This document shows, in pieces, positions 48,941 to 55,907 of a stretch of DNA of 55,907 nt (its first letter is position 1; the number at the start of each line of letters is the position of its first letter). A model generated the notes under the pieces. The model was not told where the DNA came from, did not search any database, and was given only the letters and a program-made list of their open reading frames with translations. The stretch is taken from NCBI GenBank assembly GCA_050012755.1, contig JBEKGO010000011.1, positions 1 through 55,907 of the forward strand, in the 5' to 3' direction. The position numbers and the translations under genes were made by a program. Origin of the DNA: Candidatus Bathyarchaeia archaeon (GTDB taxonomy: Archaea > Thermoproteota > Bathyarchaeia > Bathyarchaeales > Bathycorpusculaceae).

Positions 48941-49546
48941 CTATTTTTTGGATATTCTCGCTCTGATAACTAAAGTTGATATTAGTATTGCTACTGCAAT
49001 ATATGGAAGAATTATCCAAGGCTGTAGCTCTGGAACAGATTGCAATTGCGGAACGGTAGGCGCTAGGGTCGGAGTTGTTGATGATAGAGTTGGCAAAGGG
49101 TCAGCGATAGTAAATGACTGGGTGTTGGAACGTGCGTTAAGTTCAGCCCAATATTGGTCTGTGTCTTGCCAAACATAATAATGGCTGAAAAACTGGAATG
49201 TGTAGTTACCTGGATTTGTTATAGCTGGAATTGTTACCTGCCATGTGTACCAGTCGCGAGCTACAGAATCGCCGTTGACCACTTCATTTATTATACCTTG
49301 AAAACTCATGGGTATGAGTGTTCCATTGTCAATGCTTACTGAGACAGTTGTGTTTGTGTTAACTGCCGTAGTTTGATATGTGAAATGGTCGAGGACCGAA
49401 TATGTTCCTCCGTCTTCTGGATAGGTGTTCGCCATAGAAATTGATCCGCCACTTGCAGAAACCAAGTTGGCTGCAAACAGGGTTAAGAAAACAGAGACCA
49501 CTATGAACACTGTAGCCATTAGTTTTTTCAGGTTTCTGTCGAACAT
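48941..49546 (-). CDS. Secreted surface protein with PEF-CTERM-like C-terminal anchor
   Basis: Signal peptide MFDRNLKKLMATVFIVVSVFLTLFAANLVSA; Ig-like beta region; VPEL + TM + basic tail; start set at ATG 49546. Confidence 0.75.
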   Translation of the reverse strand: MFDRNLKKLMATVFIVVSVFLTLFAANLVSASGGSISMANTYPEDGGTYSVLDHFTYQTTAVNTNTTVSVSIDNGTLIPMSFQGIINEVVNGDSVARDWYTWQVTIPAITNPGNYTFQFFSHYYVWQDTDQYWAELNARSNTQSFTIADPLPTLSSTTPTLAPTVPQLQSVPELQPWIILPYIAVAILISTLVIRARISKK

Positions 49547-50092
49547 TTTCCTAAGTCTCTCTTTAGTTGTTCTGCGTCCGAATATTATGTGCTGCGAAAC
49601 GACATAAACTAGATTTCTAAAAGAGGAATATGTCAAAAACCGACTGTTAATATTAAATATTTCCAGCAAGCTAGTTCATCATCAAACAAAGTATCTGAGA
49701 GTGAAATGGAAAACCATTATTTATCTCCTAGTTTGTTCAGGTTTTTCATTCACTCTCTTTATTTTGTCTTCCATTTTATTGGTACTTTTACTTGAAATTT
49801 CAGCTGGAAAGGCCTTATCGTTTGTACTTACTTATTCCATTGGTCAATCTTCAAGCAATGATTCTGGATTCAACTTCAATCTTTTGCTTCTGCGTCATTG
49901 AGGTATTCATGCTTCCCTTTCTTGTTAGTTGACAGCCTCTCAATGTTGAAAGTAAAATCTCGCTTTCGAAGTGATTTGCAATATTGGATAGTGAAGTCGC
50001 GGTTGCATACTATTCCAGAAATAGAATATTCCATTGTCGAAATACGCCTTAAAAAGCAATTGCATTAGATTTCAATTGAGAAATAGAAAGAA

Positions 50093-50665
50093 ATGGCAGA
50101 GAACCCCGGCTCGAAAGATAAATCCTTAGAGATTTTAGATTTCATAATCAATGTTCTAAAAGAACATGAAATAAACTTGGACAAAACAATTGATGACTTG
50201 TCAACAATTGTCGAGCAAGTAGGGGAAACCACAGTCGGATTAAGAAGCAAAGTTGAAGAATCTGAAGAAAAAATAAACAACCTGCAAAAAGATGTAACAA
50301 ATCTGATCGGCTGCCTGTCCAGCGCACCTAAAAAAGCCTTGCCAGCCGAGGAAAGCCAGCAGGAACCTCAGATTCAACCTGCGCCCGCAGTATCCTTAGC
50401 ACCTATTCCAGGTGAGCCTACTTTGATTTTGCGTTGTAACCAGTGGAGTGATTTTCAGGACTTAGCAATGCGTGCGAAAAGGTTGTCTTTTAACTATAAA
50501 GAGGATGAAAAGATTTTCCAGGTTAATGCGTTTATGGGAGATCAAATGATTATGTATTCGGGGGCTCTTCCAAGCTTGTCAATGATTCTCAAAAAATGGT
50601 TGTCTCGACAATTAGACATAAATGAACCAGATATCTTGGAAGGCTTCTTGGACAAGCCTAAATGA
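50093..50665 (+). CDS. Hypothetical protein with N-terminal coiled coil
   Basis: LEILDFIINVLKEHE..LDK heptads, Pro-rich linker, globular C-terminal domain. Confidence 0.75.
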   Translation: MAENPGSKDKSLEILDFIINVLKEHEINLDKTIDDLSTIVEQVGETTVGLRSKVEESEEKINNLQKDVTNLIGCLSSAPKKALPAEESQQEPQIQPAPAVSLAPIPGEPTLILRCNQWSDFQDLAMRAKRLSFNYKEDEKIFQVNAFMGDQMIMYSGALPSLSMILKKWLSRQLDINEPDILEGFLDKPK

Positions 50666-50744
50666 CTATACCGCATGTTATAATATTTTATTAGCTAAGT
50701 TTTAGATTCGAAGCATTTTCGTTTTTTTTGCTTGTCTTGGCATT

Positions 50745-53700
50745 CTAAATTGTTGAAGGAGGTGAAGTCTTAGAGCGTCTCCTAAAAGTGACTGCAATAG
50801 CAACGATCACTGCTGCAACACCTATTCCGATGCCTGTGAAGGCTACGTATTCTAACGTATTTATGCTGTCTTTTAGAGTGGCAATTTGGCTGTGTAACGT
50901 ATCCAACGAAGAGTTGAGGCTATTTAATTGGTTCTGTATAGCTGACTGCGACAAGTTTAGCGTGGCCGAGTTATTTCCAAGAGCACTGAGTTGATTTTGT
51001 TGTGATGATTGTGACGATTTTAGGTTATCCAGTTGGTTCTGCAAAGCTGACTGTGAAGAACTTAGGCTGTTTAGTGTGTTTCCAAGACTATTCACTTGAT
51101 TCTGCAGAGACGCTAGCCCAGAATTCAAAGAGTTCAAGTTAGAAAGTAATGAGTCTTGTTGGTTTGTGAAATATATCGTTATTGCTGCGGATGAGTTGAT
51201 GCCATCTGTTTGAGTAGCGACTAATTGGAGGGTGTAAGTTCCGTCTGGATAGTTGGCGCTTGGCAAAGCGAAGCTGAGAGTGCCATTGTTGCTAAAGGAT
51301 TGTATTGACTGACCGTTTAGGTACGCTTTGACCGAGTTTATGTTGTCTCCTGTAACGTTGATACTTGCGGCTATGTCTCCTTTGTAGTTGCCTCCGTTTG
51401 AGGGCGACAAGATCTGAATTACTGGTGGAGTTGGAATTATGGTTTGGTAGCTTGCTGAGGATAGTGAAATATTTGAGTTTATGAGAGTGACAGAAGATAG
51501 GTTGGAGTTGACTAAGGTTATGTTACTGTTGGTGGCTACTATGTTGCTTCCGTGAACGCCTTGAATGGTAAGGTTGGAGCCTGTAACGAAGAGGGTTCCG
51601 TTTATCACTGAATCAGAAATTGTTGTTGTGCCTGATTGTATATTGTTCGATTGCAAGAAAATGTCGTTAGACAGGTTGACCGATCCATTTATTGAGACTC
51701 CGCTTAAGGCTAATCCCCAATTCTGTTGAAATGAGGTAATTACTTGATTTGCCACGTAAACGTACGGTTCTATGGAAAAGCTTTGTTGAGCCGAGAGTGA
51801 AGTGGTTGTTGGAACTCCATCGTAAGATATTCCTGTTACGTAGGCTTCATAGGGACCAGCTTGGTTGGATGAGTAACCGTTCACAGGAGAGGCAGTTCCC
51901 ACATCGTAGAGGGAAGGTAGGGTTATGTTAGCTACCCATCTGTTCAAAGTAGAGTTGTACGTTAAAGGCGTTAGTTCAGAATTCTGGTATTTGGCATAAA
52001 TAATTTGGAGGAACTGGCTTTGCTGTTGTTGCGGGTAAATCAGCGTCGTGTACTCGCCCTGAGTTACTTCTTGGTTGTTTGGGTAACGGATATCAACTGA
52101 CATTTGCGCTGTTTGTCCCATATACACTGTTGTGGGTGAAAGCGTTATTAACGGAGTAATTGTCCCGTTTGAAACCCAAATTTTTCCGTAGGACGATCCG
52201 TATATTGTGTATCCAAGAGTTTGAGAGTCAAAGCTCGCTCCAAGCAAAATCGTGTATAGTCCAGATGCAGAATTAGCAGGCACTTGAATTAAACCGCTGA
52301 TTGCTGATGCTTGGTACACAAGGTCTGAGCTCGCAACTGTGGTTCCAGCAGGATTCACTAAAGAGGCTGTAACGCTTGAGCCTGTGGCAATATCCGAACC
52401 TATTGTCTTGCCAGTATCATAAGAAGTTGTGTTAGCAATGTTGAACGGAGCCGATGGTGTGGTAATAATGGTGAGGTATTGTCCTGGACCTATTGAGCCG
52501 GGAGCTGCCGCTACTTCCGGATATGTTAAACTATTTTGTAGGTAGATCCCATTTGTAAACGGCAAAAATCCGTATGTGCTTCCCTGCAGCATCAGTGTTA
52601 ATGGGCCTGCGGGGTAAGCTTTTGTCAGGTTTGTCTCAGTGACGTTAACCAATCCTGAAATGTTCGTCGGAGCTAGGTTTACCGTGTCTACTGTGCTAAA
52701 CGAATTGCTTAGGATGGAATATGAGTAAACCTGCATCGTTAGAGATCCTACAGGCGCTGAGTTGCCCTCAAGGTCGGTTGCAGCAACAATTACCTGTAAC
52801 CCGCTTCCAGCCGTGGTCCATGGATTTGTGGGAGACGGGCTGTAGAAAATTCCGACGTAGCCTGCAAATATTTCCGTGAAGTCCTCCCCACTAAGTCCCG
52901 CTGAAGTGCCATTAACAGCGATGTAAGCAATACCCGATTGTTGACCCATTTTTAAAGCACAAGTCCAGACGCCGCTAATACTATTGAAGGTCAAAGGGGT
53001 GACGAGGAAAGTACCCGCTAATGTGACGAGCTTGGCTGTAAATTGTCCGCTTGTTACTGGGTTAAATCCGTTGTAGATATCTGCTACCACATTAATGGTC
53101 TGATTAGCTGTGAATTCGAAAGGTAATGCTCCGTTAGCGTCGGTAACCGTTATGAATATGGACAGGCTTTGCTGTGAGAGCTGAGCATTGTACAACTGAG
53201 CGATTTGGCCTATGTTTGGTGCTCCCCATCCTGTAACTAGGTTATATCCGAAAGAAGTGGTCCAAGGTATGTTGTAGCCAAAGGTAATTGGCGCATAAGC
53301 CTCAGTATACAAGCTGGCATTGTTGCCTATTGTGTAGAGAAATGGATTAACTAAACCTAAGGACCCTCCTGATGACTGAGCTATCAAAGTGAACAACCCT
53401 GACAAAAGCTGAACAGACGCTGAGGTTCCGCCTGCAACCATGGTTGAACCTGCATTTACAATGAAAATACCTGGATTAACACCAGCCTGCAAGGACAGAT
53501 CTGGTTCCATTCTTCCATTCGGATACGAAAGGGGTGTCTGTTGACTGTCTTGATACCAAGGCTTTGGCTCTAAGAAACTTACTCCGCCTCCACCTCCGCC
53601 TGCGTTGACGCCGTTTGGTACATATCCAAGGTTTGACCATCCTGTTTGAACAAATGTTTTGGTGCCGTTCGGTTGATTGTAGAGGTATGTTTGCGTTCCA

Positions 53701-54881
53701 CCTGTGCTTGTAACGTAGGGTGAATCAGAGGGATACGCTGAATTGCCTGCGGGTCCAGAGCTGTATCCGCTTCCTCCAGCATCTCCTGATCCAGCTAGAA
53801 AAGTTATTCCCTGCAAAGAACCTATCATGAAATATTCATCCGGAAGTAACATGTTGAAATAATACATTTCTCCGCCGTAAAGTGGATACGCCCATTCTTG
53901 CGCGAAAGAGAAGCTCATCGAGAGCGTTGTGATTCTGTTATCGGATATGATTGGTGCAAGGTCGGCTGCAAACGACAGTGCGGCATTGGTTACGTAGAGG
54001 TTTACTGCTGCGTTAGGAGCCATCGCATGCGCCAACTCCACGTCAATAGCTACCTCGCTGCTCCAACCGTTGGAAACACCGAGGTTGGGGTTATAGGAAG
54101 CAACAGGGATTATATTGAAAGTTGGATCAGGGAAACCAAACGTTTGGTCAAAGAGACTTAGATCCTGCTCGATTGTTGGAGAACCGTAAAAGTCAAGCAT
54201 GCCTATTGTTTGGCCTTCGCCCTGGAAACCTTGCGTGTATAGCGAGGTAGCGTTGTAAACGGTCTGGAGGTCTTTTGCTGAGATTCCTCCTTCTGTGAAA
54301 GTTACGTTTCCATCGGGCTGACTTGCGAGAGGGTTCGCGAATTGAGGCTTCACAGTTAGAGCAGTGGCGTTCGATGCAACAAAATGAGCCCCGTTAAGCA
54401 ACGAATTTCCACTTGTCATGTAATAAGAATCTGTGCCGTTAGTGTAAATGTTCACTTCGGCACCAAAATACTGACTCACCTGTGCCGCAGTAGCCTGAAC
54501 AACTATCATTGAATCCAGAGATTCCGTCACAACTGGCAAACCGACACTCTCAAGGTAAGCAAGCATTGATTCATACTCGACTTTCGGCAAGAAGTTTTGC
54601 TCAATTTGTGAGGTGGTCAAAAAGTGCCTAAACATGGGAGATGAAGGATCAGAAACTTGCTTTAAGGTCGAACATAGCAGATCCGTGTTTTTCAACGGGA
54701 TACCTATATTCACGAGGACTGTAAGATTCGGAGACGCCTGACCTTTAAGAACATAACTCGGAAGAGGGGCAACTGAGTCACCAGACGAGCCGTAAGCGGG
54801 GATGATCATTGAATGAACGCTAATAATGGGGGAAAAAAATAATAAAGCAACAACAAGGATAACAAATTTTGACTTCATCAC
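50745..54881 (-). CDS. Membrane-anchored S53 (sedolisin/kumamolisin) serine-carboxyl peptidase
   Basis: Signal peptide, pro-domain (VSDPSSPMFRHFLT), E-x3-D (EVAID), SGDAG, YPSDSPYVTSTGGT, GGTSAS, GYNLVTGWG; C-terminal heptad stalk and TM. Confidence 0.92.
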   Translation of the reverse strand: MMKSKFVILVVALLFFSPIISVHSMIIPAYGSSGDSVAPLPSYVLKGQASPNLTVLVNIGIPLKNTDLLCSTLKQVSDPSSPMFRHFLTTSQIEQNFLPKVEYESMLAYLESVGLPVVTESLDSMIVVQATAAQVSQYFGAEVNIYTNGTDSYYMTSGNSLLNGAHFVASNATALTVKPQFANPLASQPDGNVTFTEGGISAKDLQTVYNATSLYTQGFQGEGQTIGMLDFYGSPTIEQDLSLFDQTFGFPDPTFNIIPVASYNPNLGVSNGWSSEVAIDVELAHAMAPNAAVNLYVTNAALSFAADLAPIISDNRITTLSMSFSFAQEWAYPLYGGEMYYFNMLLPDEYFMIGSLQGITFLAGSGDAGGSGYSSGPAGNSAYPSDSPYVTSTGGTQTYLYNQPNGTKTFVQTGWSNLGYVPNGVNAGGGGGGVSFLEPKPWYQDSQQTPLSYPNGRMEPDLSLQAGVNPGIFIVNAGSTMVAGGTSASVQLLSGLFTLIAQSSGGSLGLVNPFLYTIGNNASLYTEAYAPITFGYNIPWTTSFGYNLVTGWGAPNIGQIAQLYNAQLSQQSLSIFITVTDANGALPFEFTANQTINVVADIYNGFNPVTSGQFTAKLVTLAGTFLVTPLTFNSISGVWTCALKMGQQSGIAYIAVNGTSAGLSGEDFTEIFAGYVGIFYSPSPTNPWTTAGSGLQVIVAATDLEGNSAPVGSLTMQVYSYSILSNSFSTVDTVNLAPTNISGLVNVTETNLTKAYPAGPLTLMLQGSTYGFLPFTNGIYLQNSLTYPEVAAAPGSIGPGQYLTIITTPSAPFNIANTTSYDTGKTIGSDIATGSSVTASLVNPAGTTVASSDLVYQASAISGLIQVPANSASGLYTILLGASFDSQTLGYTIYGSSYGKIWVSNGTITPLITLSPTTVYMGQTAQMSVDIRYPNNQEVTQGEYTTLIYPQQQQSQFLQIIYAKYQNSELTPLTYNSTLNRWVANITLPSLYDVGTASPVNGYSSNQAGPYEAYVTGISYDGVPTTTSLSAQQSFSIEPYVYVANQVITSFQQNWGLALSGVSINGSVNLSNDIFLQSNNIQSGTTTISDSVINGTLFVTGSNLTIQGVHGSNIVATNSNITLVNSNLSSVTLINSNISLSSASYQTIIPTPPVIQILSPSNGGNYKGDIAASINVTGDNINSVKAYLNGQSIQSFSNNGTLSFALPSANYPDGTYTLQLVATQTDGINSSAAITIYFTNQQDSLLSNLNSLNSGLASLQNQVNSLGNTLNSLSSSQSALQNQLDNLKSSQSSQQNQLSALGNNSATLNLSQSAIQNQLNSLNSSLDTLHSQIATLKDSINTLEYVAFTGIGIGVAAVIVAIAVTFRRRSKTSPPSTI

Positions 54882-55035
54882 AGCACAGCCATTTTTCTTT
54901 TACCATAAAAGAGCATCTTGCATCTTAGTCTGTTAATATTTAACGTTTTCGATTATCATTCAGTTCCTGGATAAGTCAATAAAATGATTTCGATTGCGAA
55001 AATACTCATCATAATTTGCGACCAATAATCAAAAA

Positions 55036-55100
55036 TAAGCTTAGAATAGGGCTAAAAGTGCTGCGGGCTATCTTGAAGCCGTCGTTTAAACAGTCGTTCA
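55036..55100. repeat. Dispersed intergenic repeat, copy C
   Basis: 33-bp core identical to copy B, followed by further 12-bp units. Confidence 0.9.
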
Positions 55101-55256
55101 AGCCGTAAATATTCTAATTATGAATTGTTAAATCGAATCTCTAGCTTTTCGCTAAAATCACCTTGAAAGAAAATTTGGAAAAAACTTTCGCAGTTTCTTT
55201 GTCTATTTTGCAACTGCATTAGAAATAGATGTTAAAATTAATCCAAATCGTGTTTA

Positions 55257-55288
55257 TTTCCATATCATTTTCCATATCATTTTATATA
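55257..55288 (+). promoter_or_regulatory. Tandem 12-bp duplication abutting a TATA box
   Basis: TTTCCATATCAT x2, then TTTATATA; palindrome ACCGCAA-T-TTGCGGT at 55304-55318. Confidence 0.45.
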
Positions 55289-55523
55289 GTAGTTCCGACA
55301 GACACCGCAATTTGCGGTAGATAATTTAGGTGAAGGGAGCGCTTCGATGGATATCGCAAGGAAGAGAATTCTTTCAGCGGTTGGTATTAACCCATTTGGT
55401 TCGAGCATCTTAAGCAGTATTATGTCTGTAATGGCGATAAGAACAGAATTGATGCTTCACAGGCCGATCGCACGTGGGCACCTCTTGCTCTAACATATTC
55501 AAAATAAAGGAGAATGAAAAAAC

Positions 55524-55676
55524 ATGAAGAAACTACAAATCCTAATAATCGAATTTTTAATTTCGTTATCAACCTGCGTATTCGCGGGTTTGCAAGCTAA
55601 AGCTTTCAATGCCTCCAGCACTGGTGGCATGTCGCTGACATCAGCGAAGGGTTTGACTGTTGAGGTGAAAGAATGA
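55524..55676 (+). CDS. Short ORF consisting mostly of a signal peptide (possible gene remnant)
   Basis: SD AAGGAG; MKKLQILIIEFLISLSTCVFAGLQAKA..., 50 aa; ATGA overlap with the next gene. Confidence 0.4.
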   Translation: MKKLQILIIEFLISLSTCVFAGLQAKAFNASSTGGMSLTSAKGLTVEVKE

Positions 55677-55907
55677 GGCTAAGGACAACAAAAACGGTTA
55701 GAGTTGGCTGCATCCTTCTCGCCATCTTCTTCTTGTTGTTCTGTGCTTTCGCATTATTGACTCAGCCAGTTCGAGCGGATTCTGTGTTGGTTTCTCCGAC
55801 TGTGACGGCTACTCCGTCTGCTGTTTTTCTGGGTCAAACTTCAGTTTTGTCTTCTACACCGGTTACGACTGGTACTGCTCCGTACACGTATAATTGGTAT
55901 GTGACGG
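55673..55907 (+). CDS. Secreted surface protein with PKD/Ig-like domain (partial, runs off window)
   Basis: SD GAGGTGA; signal peptide MRLRTTKTVRVGCILLAIFFLLFCAFALLTQPVRA, then PTVTATPS.V.LGQ..L..TGTAPYTYNW. Confidence 0.8.
   Translation, partial: MRLRTTKTVRVGCILLAIFFLLFCAFALLTQPVRADSVLVSPTVTATPSAVFLGQTSVLSSTPVTTGTAPYTYNWYVT

Noticed and set aside
49701-49911. 66-aa hydrophobic plus-strand ORF, or stop-interrupted minus-strand frame
   Set aside because: No SD or recognisable motif; may be decayed sequence, but a gene call is not supportable
48806-55100. Prophage/IS attachment sites or integron attC sites
   Set aside because: No integrase, transposase or viral gene in the window, the repeat is not a tRNA fragment, and there is no attC-type hairpin; kept only as an unexplained repeat

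Overview
Archaeal chromosomal window, most likely Bathyarchaeia. This is inferred from the 16S 3' end plus the gene set (CdvA-like protein, MesC-like methionine synthase, AOR, pantoate kinase) and was not checked by search. It starts with the 3' end of a 16S rRNA gene that is not followed by tRNA-Ala or 23S. Housekeeping and metabolic content: PUA/LSm/L37e, a full pst-phoU locus, HtrA-NfeD-SPFH, CoA genes, tRNA-Lys, nadX-valS, a TPP riboswitch-thiT operon, a P1B ATPase, an AOR cluster, catalase and a large S53 protease. The most striking element is a four-gene module at 19370-27341. It encodes a membrane-anchored surface protein, an ~897-aa tubulin/FtsZ-superfamily GTPase with a ~430-aa coiled-coil inserted into its fold, a second catalytically degenerate CetZ/FtsZ-like paralogue with an acidic disordered N-terminus, and a polytopic membrane protein with a large helical domain. 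The first two genes have no ATG/GTG/TTG upstream of essential N-terminal elements; both have ACG at the expected start position in a shared ATAGC(A)CACGAA context. Other candidates: an RHH regulator fused to a degenerate CblS-like kinase, a putative archaeal Pho box with an unannotated Cys-rich mini-protein, a structured ncRNA upstream of LSm, a phased 10-bp A-tract array, and a dispersed ~33-65 bp repeat bracketing accessory genes. No CRISPR array, integrase or transposase was seen. All family assignments come from motif recognition by eye, not database searches.
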